Shown in pieces: positions 27,697-36,371 of a stretch of DNA of 64,000 nucleotides. The notes under the pieces were generated by a model, which ran no database searches, was not told the DNA's origin, and saw only the letters and a program-made list of their open reading frames with translations. The stretch is from Firmicutes bacterium UBA5286 (GTDB lineage Bacteria; Bacillota; Proteinivoracia; UBA4975): assembly GCA_002408465.1 (NCBI GenBank), contig DHSM01000006.1, positions 131,392 to 195,391 of the forward strand, given 5' to 3'. Positions within the stretch are counted from its first letter, which is position 1. Every line of letters begins with the position of its first letter. A program made the translations under genes and the position numbers.

Positions 27697-29268
27697 TTGA
27701 AAACCCAATTCCTCTTGAATATGAAAGATATCTCAAAAGAATACTTCGGCAACCGTGTGCTCAAAAATGTGACCTTACAGGTAAAACCCGGCGAAATCCA
27801 TGCCTTGGTCGGTGAAAACGGCGCCGGCAAATCCACTTTAATGAACATCCTCTTTGGCATGCCCGTCATTGGTGGCACCGGCGGTTTTGAGGGAGAGGTG
27901 GAAATTAACGGTGAACCTGTCACTATCGATGCCCCCCATAAGGCCATTGACTTTGGCATTGGCATGGTGCATCAGGAATTCATGCTCATTCCCGGATTCA
28001 CCGTCACCGAAAATATCAAGGTAGGGAGAGAGACCAGCCGCCCATCCCTGTTAAGCCAAATTCTCAGCAAAGAATTGGAGACCCTTGACCTCGAGCAGAT
28101 GGCGGCGGATGCCCGCAAAGCCCTCAATGAAATTGGCCTCAATATAGAAGAATACGTCCTGGTGGCCGGCCTGCCAGTAGGTTACAAGCAGTTCGTTGAA
28201 ATTGCCCGGGAAATCGATAAAACGGGGATTAAGCTGCTGGTATTTGACGAACCCACAGCTGTTCTCACCGAAAGTGAAGCAGAAAGGCTGCTAAAGATCA
28301 TGAAGCTCATAGCCCAAAAGGACATCGCCATAATCTTTATTACCCACCGCCTAGGCGAAGTCATGCGGTATGCCGACAGCGTCTCTGTCCTCAGAGATGG
28401 AGAGCTGATAATGCGCACAGCAGTCAAAGATACTAGCATGGTGAAGATTGCCGAGCTGATGATTGGGCGCAAGGCACAGAAGTATGTAGATTCAGTTCCA
28501 GGCCGGCTGGAATCTGAGGAAATTGCCCTGTCTTTACAAGACTTCCATGTGGATATGCCAGGAGAGATGGTGCGGGGTATTGACCTGGACATACGGCAGG
28601 GAGAAATATTTGGCATCGGCGGCCTTTCCGGCCAAGGCAAACTGGGTATAGCCAACGGCATTATGGGCCTGTATAGTTCCCAGGGCAAGGTCAGTGTCTT
28701 TGGCCGGGAACTGGATCTGGGCAAGCTAGGAGCCGCTCTCGCCAACGGCATCGCTTTTGTTTCCGAAGACCGCAGAGGTGTCGGCCTCTTGTTGGACCAG
28801 TCCATTGAGCATAACCTGGTCTTTTCTGCCATACACATCCAAGAAGAATTCCTCATCAACCTAAAACTGCTCAAACTATATCATCGCAGCAAGGCGAGAA
28901 AGCATGCCCAGAAAATGATCAAGCTCCTCGATATCCGCTGTACCGGTCCCGCCCAAAAATTGGGCAGCCTCTCGGGAGGCAACCAGCAGAAAGTCTGTCT
29001 GGCCAGGGCCCTGACCCTCAACCCCAAAATACTCATAGTCTCTGAGCCCACCCGGGGCATTGACATCGGCGCCAAAAAACTGGTGCTGGAATACCTCCTT
29101 AATCTTAACAGCCAGCAGGGAATGACGATAATTATCATCAGCTCGGAATTGGTTGAGCTCCGTTCTCTCTGCCATCGCATCGCCATCATCGCCGATGGCA
29201 AAGTGGCGAGAATTATGGAGCCAGATGCCCCTGACGCTGAATTTGGCCTGGCCATGTCAGGAAACTGA
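27697..29268 (+). CDS. ABC transporter ATP-binding protein with two fused ATPase domains (sugar/CUT2-type)
   Basis: Two Walker A-like sites (GENGAGKST; second degenerate GLSGQGK) and two signature regions. TTG start preceded by GGGGGA. Confidence 0.85.
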   Translation: MKTQFLLNMKDISKEYFGNRVLKNVTLQVKPGEIHALVGENGAGKSTLMNILFGMPVIGGTGGFEGEVEINGEPVTIDAPHKAIDFGIGMVHQEFMLIPGFTVTENIKVGRETSRPSLLSQILSKELETLDLEQMAADARKALNEIGLNIEEYVLVAGLPVGYKQFVEIAREIDKTGIKLLVFDEPTAVLTESEAERLLKIMKLIAQKDIAIIFITHRLGEVMRYADSVSVLRDGELIMRTAVKDTSMVKIAELMIGRKAQKYVDSVPGRLESEEIALSLQDFHVDMPGEMVRGIDLDIRQGEIFGIGGLSGQGKLGIANGIMGLYSSQGKVSVFGRELDLGKLGAALANGIAFVSEDRRGVGLLLDQSIEHNLVFSAIHIQEEFLINLKLLKLYHRSKARKHAQKMIKLLDIRCTGPAQKLGSLSGGNQQKVCLARALTLNPKILIVSEPTRGIDIGAKKLVLEYLLNLNSQQGMTIIIISSELVELRSLCHRIAIIADGKVARIMEPDAPDAEFGLAMSGN

Positions 29269-29300
29269 AGAGCCATGAAATTACCAACTAACTGGGCTGA

Positions 29301-30410
29301 ATGCAAATTAACACTGGTATTGGGAGGGAGGTAAGAACATTGCAGACTAGAATAAAAAAACTCTATGCCAAAATCGGCTTGCCCCATATTATTATCGTCG
29401 CCTTTTTTCTGTTTCTGCTGACCGCTGCCGCCCCTCTGGGCCTCAGCGTTCGCAGCCTCATGGGAGATACCCTGAGAAGATGGGCGATGTACGGCATTCT
29501 TGTCCTAGCCATGGTCCCGGCAATTCAAAGCGGCATCGGTCCCAATTTCGGCATTTGCCTGGGCATCGTCGGCGGCCTTTTAGGGGCAACTGTCAGTATT
29601 GAGCTGGGCCTGGCCAATCCCTGGATTGCCATAATTGTTGCCATGCTGATTGGGGCATCTATTGCCAGCATTCTGGGCATTCTTTATGGGTCACTCTTAA
29701 ACAGGGTAAAGGGTTCAGAAATGACTGTTTCTACATATGTAGGTTTTTCAATAATAGCCTTTATGAATATTATGTGGCTGTCCCTGCCCTTTTCCAGCGG
29801 CACCCTGATCTGGCCTTTGGCCGGAATGGGCATGCGCAATAATATAAGCTTAGCTGGCAGTTTTGGCCATGTCTTCAATAACTGGCTTTCCTATTATCTC
29901 TTGGGAGACAAAACAACAGGCATCTTCATCCCCACAGGTTTGATTCTTGTCTTCCTGGCTGCCTGCCTGGCCATGTGGCTCTTTCTCAGGAGCAAGACGG
30001 GCATAGCTATGAGCGCAGCCGGAGAAAATCCCCATTTCGCCAGGGCAGCAGGCATCAATGTCCACAAGATGCGGATCATTGGCACGGCAGTATCTACTGC
30101 CCTAGGCGCCATCGGCATAATTGTCTATGCCCAAAGCTACGGCTTTCTGCAGCTATACAACGCCCCGCTGATGATGGGCTTTCACAGCGTCGCCGCCATT
30201 CTCATCGGCGGCGCCAGCACCAAAAAGGCTACCATATCAAATGTAATCGTTGGCGCTTTTCTCTTTCAGGGCATTCTGGCAGTTGCTTTGCCTGTGGTCA
30301 ACAAGGTGCTGCCCGAAAGCAACTTGCCTGACGTCATCCGAATTATCATCTCCAATGGAATTATCCTCTTCGCCCTGAGCAAGGCCAAAGGAGGCGCGGC
30401 CAATGCATAA
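29301..30410 (+). CDS. ABC transporter permease (branched-chain/ribose-type, BPD family)
   Basis: Multi-TM. A TTG at about 29340 after GGGAGGGAGG is a likely alternative start. Confidence 0.75.
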   Translation: MQINTGIGREVRTLQTRIKKLYAKIGLPHIIIVAFFLFLLTAAAPLGLSVRSLMGDTLRRWAMYGILVLAMVPAIQSGIGPNFGICLGIVGGLLGATVSIELGLANPWIAIIVAMLIGASIASILGILYGSLLNRVKGSEMTVSTYVGFSIIAFMNIMWLSLPFSSGTLIWPLAGMGMRNNISLAGSFGHVFNNWLSYYLLGDKTTGIFIPTGLILVFLAACLAMWLFLRSKTGIAMSAAGENPHFARAAGINVHKMRIIGTAVSTALGAIGIIVYAQSYGFLQLYNAPLMMGFHSVAAILIGGASTKKATISNVIVGAFLFQGILAVALPVVNKVLPESNLPDVIRIIISNGIILFALSKAKGGAANA

Positions 30411-31833
30411 GCTTAAAGAACTGGTATTAAACAACAAGGTGGTTCTACTATTTGGACTCCTCTGCATTGCGGCAATTTATACAGCCCAAAACCCCCTGAC
30501 TTTTGTTGCCGGGGAACTCTTTACCCGCATTGGCCGCAATGGCTTCATGGTCTTGGCCCTGCTCATTCCTGTCCTAGCGGGCATGGGCCTCAATTTCGGC
30601 ATCGTCATCGGCGCCATTGCCGCCCAAATTGCAGTATTCTGGACCGTTTACTGGGGCTATACCGGCAGCGAAGGCTTTCTCCTCTGCCTGCTCCTCTCCA
30701 CGCCCATTGCCATTTTTTTCGGCTGGCTGGTGGGCAGGATGTTCAACAAGATGAAAGGCGCCGAGATGATAGCCGGCTTGGTCCTGGGCTATTTTGCCGA
30801 TGGCTTATACCAGCTTTTTTTCCTCTATATCATCGGCGGGATAATTCCCGTCTACAATGAAAGACTCATTATCTCCGGGGGCATCGGCGTCAAAAACACC
30901 ATCGACTTGACAGGCAATCTCAAATATTCTCTGGACAATGTGCCCATGCTGCATATTGTGAAAATTGTCCTGGCTGTCCTGGCAGTTGTTTCCTTGATAA
31001 AAATAATCCTTGGAGTTGTGAAAAAAAATCCGCTCGGCCACAGGAGCTGGATTGTGTTGGGGGCGGCCCCAATAGCCTATGCTCTGACCTTTGTCCCGGC
31101 CATTAAGGAGTATCTCTCATCAGACCGGCTGCTGCTTCTCCATGCCGTACTATCTGGCCTGGGGGCGGTGATTGTCTGGCAGTCCTGGCTCATCGTCTCT
31201 AACAAAATCAGGCGGCGCAAAGAATACTCCCTGATTCGCCCCCTGGTCTACATGGCCATAGCCGTTGGAGGCTGTCTGTTGACTTATATCAAGCCTGTAG
31301 AAAAAATACTCTTGTATGTAAAAATCCCCGTCACCACTTATCTATGCATTGTTGCCCTCTGTTTGTTTAATGCTGCCCTGCTAAGGACTCGACTGGGCCA
31401 GAATATGCGCACTGTGGGACAGAGTCAGACTGTCGCCAACGCCGCCGGCATCAATGTGGACACAACCAGGATAATCGCCATGATTATCTCTACCACTCTG
31501 GCCTGCTGGGGACAACTGATTTACCTGCAGAATATCGGCACCTTTTCCACCTATGGCGCCCATACCCAGGTTGGCCAGTATGCCATTGCCGCGCTGCTGG
31601 TGGGCGGGGCTTCGGTGAAAAAAGCTTCCAGCAAACAGGCTGTCATAGGCGTAATCCTCTTCCACACCCTCTTCATTGTCGCGCCTCAGGCCGGCAAACA
31701 GCTGTTTAATAACGCCCAGCTGGGCGAGTATTTCCGTGTCTTCGTGGCCTATGGCGTCATCGCCGTTTCCTTGGCCATGCATGCCTGGAAAGATAGAGGT
31801 AAAACCAAAGAGCCCAATAGAAACAGAGTTTAA
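30403..31833 (+). CDS. ABC transporter permease (second permease)
   Basis: Multi-TM. Start overlaps the previous stop by 8 nt. Confidence 0.75.
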   Translation: MHKLKELVLNNKVVLLFGLLCIAAIYTAQNPLTFVAGELFTRIGRNGFMVLALLIPVLAGMGLNFGIVIGAIAAQIAVFWTVYWGYTGSEGFLLCLLLSTPIAIFFGWLVGRMFNKMKGAEMIAGLVLGYFADGLYQLFFLYIIGGIIPVYNERLIISGGIGVKNTIDLTGNLKYSLDNVPMLHIVKIVLAVLAVVSLIKIILGVVKKNPLGHRSWIVLGAAPIAYALTFVPAIKEYLSSDRLLLLHAVLSGLGAVIVWQSWLIVSNKIRRRKEYSLIRPLVYMAIAVGGCLLTYIKPVEKILLYVKIPVTTYLCIVALCLFNAALLRTRLGQNMRTVGQSQTVANAAGINVDTTRIIAMIISTTLACWGQLIYLQNIGTFSTYGAHTQVGQYAIAALLVGGASVKKASSKQAVIGVILFHTLFIVAPQAGKQLFNNAQLGEYFRVFVAYGVIAVSLAMHAWKDRGKTKEPNRNRV

Positions 31834-31837
31834 AAGT

Positions 31838-31870
31838 TAGGAAGGCATTCAGATGCCTTTCTTTTTTTTC
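31838..31870 (+). terminator. Rho-independent terminator of the ABC operon
   Basis: ggaaggcat-tcag-atgccttcc followed by T9. Confidence 0.75.
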
Positions 31871-31957
31871 TCTGAGCTTTTAGACATCCGCCCAGACGGA
31901 CAAAATCTCCTCTATGGTCATATGCTGTAAGGCATATTTCTTGAAGGGGGCCTGTTG

Positions 31958-32788
31958 ATGTCTGAAAACTCTGTTCTGTTGGCAGCCTGCCTGACCCTGT
32001 TCGCCGGTCTCACCACCACCCTTGGGGGGGCCGTCGCCTTTTATGCTAAGCGGGCAAATACCAAATTCTTGGCCATTGCCCTTGGATTTTCAGCAGGGGT
32101 GATGATTTACGTTTCCATGCTGGAAATTATGAGCAAGGCAAAAAATATACTCATTGAAGCCATGGGGGAAAAAGCAGGCAACTGGGCTGCGGTGCTGGCG
32201 TTCTTTGGCGGGATGCTCTTTATTGCCGTCATTGACAAGTTTATTCCCTCCTTTGAGGAAAGTCCCGGCGCTCCCCAGACAATCCCTCAAGCCAAGGAAA
32301 GGGGCACCACCGGCGCCAGTTCTTATAATCGCAAGCTGTTGCGCATGGGCCTGTTCACAGCTCTCGCTGTGGGCATCCACAATTTCCCCGAAGGGCTGAT
32401 TACCTTTTTTTCCACCTTGCAGAATCCGGTGATGGGTCTCAGCATCGCCGCCGCTATCGCCATTCACAACATTCCTGAGGGAATTGCCGTGGCTGCTCCC
32501 ATCTACTATGCAACCGGCAGCCGCCGGCAGGCATTCCTGTGGGCTTTTTTATCGGGAATCGCCGAACCCATTGGCGCCCTGGCCGGTTATCTGGTTCTGG
32601 CCCCCTTTCTCAGCAGCACAGTCTACGGCGTAATATTTGCCGCAGTTGCGGGAATTATGGTTTATATCTCCTTCGACCAGCTGCTGCCGGCAGCGAGAGA
32701 ATACGGTGATCATCACCTATCCGTGCTGGGCTTGATTGGCGGCATGGCGATAATGGCTTTAAGCCTGCTCTTGTTTATGAAATGTTAA
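31958..32788 (+). CDS. zupT: ZIP-family zinc transporter
   Basis: HNFPEGL and HNIPEGIAVA motifs, 8 TM. ATG at 31958 after GAAGGGGG. Confidence 0.85.
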   Translation: MSENSVLLAACLTLFAGLTTTLGGAVAFYAKRANTKFLAIALGFSAGVMIYVSMLEIMSKAKNILIEAMGEKAGNWAAVLAFFGGMLFIAVIDKFIPSFEESPGAPQTIPQAKERGTTGASSYNRKLLRMGLFTALAVGIHNFPEGLITFFSTLQNPVMGLSIAAAIAIHNIPEGIAVAAPIYYATGSRRQAFLWAFLSGIAEPIGALAGYLVLAPFLSSTVYGVIFAAVAGIMVYISFDQLLPAAREYGDHHLSVLGLIGGMAIMALSLLLFMKC

Positions 32789-32871
32789 ATATTGGCTGGG
32801 GAAATATTGGCGAAAACAAAGACTATAAGCTAAAATAGTACAAGCAATATGAAGCATAAGGGGCAAAGAAT

Positions 32872-34212
32872 ATGAAATTTAAGCACAAAAATATTATTAT
32901 TGCAGTCCTTGTCATAATCTGCTTTCTTCCCGGTCTTGCTGGGGCAAAGGCTCAAGAGCCTCAGACAGAAGCCCAGGCTGCAATTCTCATTGAGCAGGTC
33001 TCGGGAACAGTCCTCTACGCCAAGGACGCCTACCGCAGAATGTATCCCGCCAGCACCACCAAAATTCTCACTGCCTTGCTGGCAGTGGAAACAGCCGATA
33101 TGGATGCCCTGGTAACTGTTGGCCCGGAAATCAATTTAGTGTCAAAAGGCAGCAGCCTTGCCCGCCTCAGCGTCGGCGACACAATCACCCTCCGGGATTT
33201 GATCTATGGCCTCATGCTGCCCTCAGGCAATGACGCTGCTTATACCATTGCCGCCTACCTTGCCCGTCGCCAGTCTGGAAATCCTGATTTGTCAGCGCCT
33301 GAAGCCATTAAAGTCTTTGTTGACATGATGAATGCAAGAGCCCGGAAACTGGGAGCAAAGGATACACATTTTACCGGGCCTGATGGCTTTCATGCAGCCG
33401 ACCACTATACTACCGCCTATGATCTTAGTCTCCTGGCCAGAGAGGCGATGAGGCATCCTTTTATCCGCACAGTGGTTTCCACCGCTGATTACACCCCTGA
33501 TTCCTGGAAGGGCAGCAACACATGCAGCTGGAAAAACAACAATCTGCTCATTCACTCCCTCAATGATTTTTATTATCCCGCTGCCACCGGCCTGAAAACA
33601 GGATATACCGGGCAAGCAGGATTTTGCCTGATAAGCTCCGGCAGCAGCAATGCTTTGGACCTTATTGCCGTGTGCTTAAAGACTTCCGAAGCCGGGCGCT
33701 GGTCAGACGCCAAGGCATTGCTCGATTATGGGTTTGCCAATTATACCTGGCTGCAGCTGGTCAAGGCCAAGGAAGCAATACACACTGTCAGCATCACTAA
33801 CGGCGACTACGGCCAACCCGACGCGGTAATGCTCACCGCCGCAGAAGGTTTTGCCGGAGTCTTTGCCCAAGAAGATGCCGGACGCATAAAAAAAGAAATA
33901 GTCATTGACAATAACCTGCTGGAAACAAAGAATTCCTTGGGAGAAGCGGCAGCAGCTGCCCAAGGAGAGTATGCGCTGCGGGCGCCACTGTCTAAAGGCC
34001 AGGTTGTCGGTCAGGTAAAATTCACCCTGGGGGGCAGAGAATTGTTTTCTGCTGATTTGATTGTCACGGCCGATGTGGCCCCCCGGCCCTGGTGGCGGAC
34101 TACGCCTGCCCTGACTATTATTGTCTGTGGACTTATTTTTGTGGCTGCCATCACCGCTCTCAGCATAAGGCGCCGCCGCAAGACAGAATTGGCGCCTGGG
34201 AACAGCCACTAA
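32872..34212 (+). CDS. D-alanyl-D-alanine carboxypeptidase (PBP5/6 family, with C-terminal TM anchor)
   Basis: Signal peptide, SXXK (ASTTKIL), SXN (LPSGND), KTG (LKTGYT). Confidence 0.85.
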   Translation: MKFKHKNIIIAVLVIICFLPGLAGAKAQEPQTEAQAAILIEQVSGTVLYAKDAYRRMYPASTTKILTALLAVETADMDALVTVGPEINLVSKGSSLARLSVGDTITLRDLIYGLMLPSGNDAAYTIAAYLARRQSGNPDLSAPEAIKVFVDMMNARARKLGAKDTHFTGPDGFHAADHYTTAYDLSLLAREAMRHPFIRTVVSTADYTPDSWKGSNTCSWKNNNLLIHSLNDFYYPAATGLKTGYTGQAGFCLISSGSSNALDLIAVCLKTSEAGRWSDAKALLDYGFANYTWLQLVKAKEAIHTVSITNGDYGQPDAVMLTAAEGFAGVFAQEDAGRIKKEIVIDNNLLETKNSLGEAAAAAQGEYALRAPLSKGQVVGQVKFTLGGRELFSADLIVTADVAPRPWWRTTPALTIIVCGLIFVAAITALSIRRRRKTELAPGNSH

Positions 34213-34280
34213 TTTCATCGTCTTTTCAGCTACAGGAAGGATTTCCCGGAGCCAACGGCGAATAAATTATACAAGCCCAG

Positions 34281-34306
34281 TATCCCGGTGCTATTGCCCC
34301 GGGTTT
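34281..34306 (+). terminator. Weak possible terminator after the carboxypeptidase gene
   Basis: cccgg-tgctattgc-cccggg then tttatacttctt. Confidence 0.3.
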
Positions 34307-34313
34307 ATACTTC

Positions 34314-35321
34314 TTGAGGAGGAGTAAAATGGAACATATAATTGCAATCATAAAAAAACTCTTTAGGGATATTTATACTACTCTCGACTTTTCTACGGAT
34401 TTACTCCTCTATATTGGCTTGGGAGTGCTCTTGCTCCTGCTGATCATCCTGATGATTGCCAGGAAGAAACCTCGCAAACAAAAAAGCCAAAGTCCTAAGG
34501 ACAACGAGTCCGATTTTTTAGAGGTAGGACCGGAGCCGGTGATTGTCTATGGCAGAAACAAGACACAGGAAGCCCCCCAGCCAGAACCAGTGCCGGAATT
34601 CCAACTAGAGCTGACTCCGGAACCTGAACCGGAACCTACGCCTCAGTTTAATTTGACTCCAGAACCAGAGCCGGAACCCATGCCTCAGTTTGATTTGACA
34701 CCAGAACCGGAGCAGGAACCCGTTCCTCAGTTCAACATAACTCCCCAGCCTAAGCGGCAACCCCTGGCCCAAGCGGATTTCCCGCCGGAACCTGAACCGG
34801 AACCTGTTTCACAGTTAAAACCGGAGCCTTTGGACCTCTCTTCCTTGCCTCCGGCTCCTGAAACTTCCCCATTTCAACGTTTCATGAATGCTGGCCCCGG
34901 GCAGGAGGCGGCAGCAGCTTTTATGCCGGCCCTGGCTCAAGATCCCTTGCCACTTCTGGAATCCGATTTTGCCAGCGAAATCCTGCTGTTATTCAGCAAG
35001 CAGGGCTTCACCATTGAAAAAGTCGCCTATCACGGGACCTACGGCGCAGATTTTATCGTAGCCGCCGAAGGCATGAGGGCTTATGTCCAGGTTAAAGACT
35101 GGAAGAAAAAAGCGACCCCCCGCACTGTTCAGGAAGCTCGCTATTATTCCAATACTAATGGCTGCCACAAAACCATCCTCATCCCCGTGGCTGGGTATAC
35201 CAGCGCCGCCAACCGCGAAGCCGCCCAGCGGGCAGTCTCCCTTTGGAACGCTAAGACTTTGAAAAAAATCAGAAACGGTGAGCTCTCCCTGGAAGAGTGG
35301 ATAGCAGCCTCAAGTTTTTAA
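34314..35321 (+). CDS. Membrane-anchored protein with PEPEP repeats and a C-terminal restriction-endonuclease-like (Mrr_cat) domain
   Basis: N-terminal TM (LLLYIGLGVLLLLLIILMIA), PEPEPxPQF(N/D)LTPEPE repeats, then a C-terminal YHGTYGADFIV...AYVQVKDWKK...VQEARYY...ILIPVAGYTSAANREA region, which matches the Mrr_cat D...QxK layout. Confidence 0.55.
   Translation: MRRSKMEHIIAIIKKLFRDIYTTLDFSTDLLLYIGLGVLLLLLIILMIARKKPRKQKSQSPKDNESDFLEVGPEPVIVYGRNKTQEAPQPEPVPEFQLELTPEPEPEPTPQFNLTPEPEPEPMPQFDLTPEPEQEPVPQFNITPQPKRQPLAQADFPPEPEPEPVSQLKPEPLDLSSLPPAPETSPFQRFMNAGPGQEAAAAFMPALAQDPLPLLESDFASEILLLFSKQGFTIEKVAYHGTYGADFIVAAEGMRAYVQVKDWKKKATPRTVQEARYYSNTNGCHKTILIPVAGYTSAANREAAQRAVSLWNAKTLKKIRNGELSLEEWIAASSF
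34600..34800. repeat. About 63-bp (21 codon) tandem repeats encoding the PEPEP linker
   Basis: Three successive ccggaacc...cctcagtt(t/c)aa(t/c)...actcc(a/g)gaacc units. Confidence 0.6.
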
Positions 35322-35352
35322 GCCGGCAATGCCGGCTTTATTTTTTTGACTA
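35322..35352. terminator. Terminator between convergent genes
   Basis: gccggca-atg-ccggc followed by tttattttttt. Confidence 0.6.
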
Positions 35353-35353
35353 T

Positions 35354-36268
35354 TTAAAGGCTCAGGAATAAGTTGACGAATACCGGCACCGCCAGTGAAA
35401 GCACTGCGCCGGAAAAAAAAGCCAGGGGCGCATACTCCCGCCCCGCCCCCCGAGAGATTATCGGCAGGAGGACATCCATGGCGGTAGCTCCCGCGGGGGC
35501 AACAGCCGGCACAGGTCCCAGCCAGCGTGCCACCAAAGGGGTGATGATGACGGCAATCAGTTCTCGAAAGACATTAGACAGAAACGCAAGCGCCCCTAAC
35601 AGGGGACTGTGAATCTCAGAAATCAGCACAGAGGACAGACTATACCAACCGAAGCCGGAAGCCACAGCCGCTCCCTCCTGCCAGGGCAGGTCCCAGATGA
35701 GAGCAGTGAAAACCCCGCCCAATATGCTGCCTGCCACAATGCCAATGGGGATAAAAATGATTGCCAGCCCAAGCTTGCGCAAACTGGCGAAGACCTGACT
35801 TGCCCCTCCTAAATCAAGACCCACCCCCAGCAGGAGCAGTCCCAGCACCCAGGTGGCCGCATCGGTCAGAATGGGCAGCATTCCCTTGGCGACAGTCAGG
35901 CCGAGAACAAAACCTGCCACTACAGCGCCTAGCAAAATTAGGGTCAGTCGATAGCCTGCAGGGCCTTTTGCCAGCTGCCTGCTGTTCTCTTCTGCTTCAA
36001 TCCGGAATTTTGGCAGCGCTAAGCCCAGCAAACACAAGACAAAAATGCTGCCCAGGACCGTGGCGCCGGCCATAAAAAGGGCCCTGCCTCCTAGACTGCC
36101 TAACTGGCTGACCACTTGCGAATCAGCTCCCAGCCTGGCGCCCATCACCATAAGGAGCAAGATCAGACTAACATTGGATAGAGCCGCCACTGGCAGCTTT
36201 TCTGCCCAATCAGGCCTTTTTGCCGCCAAAATGTAACCGCCCACCAGGGGAATAATTATCATCCACAT
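35354..36268 (-). CDS. LysO/YbjE-like (DUF340) membrane protein
   Basis: Two repeated hydrophobic halves and a GFGWYSLS motif typical of the lysine-exporter LysO family. Confidence 0.55.
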   Translation of the reverse strand: MWMIIIPLVGGYILAAKRPDWAEKLPVAALSNVSLILLLMVMGARLGADSQVVSQLGSLGGRALFMAGATVLGSIFVLCLLGLALPKFRIEAEENSRQLAKGPAGYRLTLILLGAVVAGFVLGLTVAKGMLPILTDAATWVLGLLLLGVGLDLGGASQVFASLRKLGLAIIFIPIGIVAGSILGGVFTALIWDLPWQEGAAVASGFGWYSLSSVLISEIHSPLLGALAFLSNVFRELIAVIITPLVARWLGPVPAVAPAGATAMDVLLPIISRGAGREYAPLAFFSGAVLSLAVPVFVNLFLSL

Positions 36269-36334
36269 TTTTCAGCCCTCCTCGCAACGCCTATATCTTA
36301 CCCTAACAGGGTGCATCCCGCCAGCTCCCAGAAT

Positions 36335-36366
36335 CAAAAAGCGCGGGGCATGCCCACGCCTTTTAT
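36335..36366 (-). terminator. Terminator after the hybrid histidine kinase
   Basis: Near-palindromic gcgcggggcatgcccacgc, A-run before on plus and T-run after on minus. Confidence 0.55.
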
Positions 36367-36371
36367 ACTTT

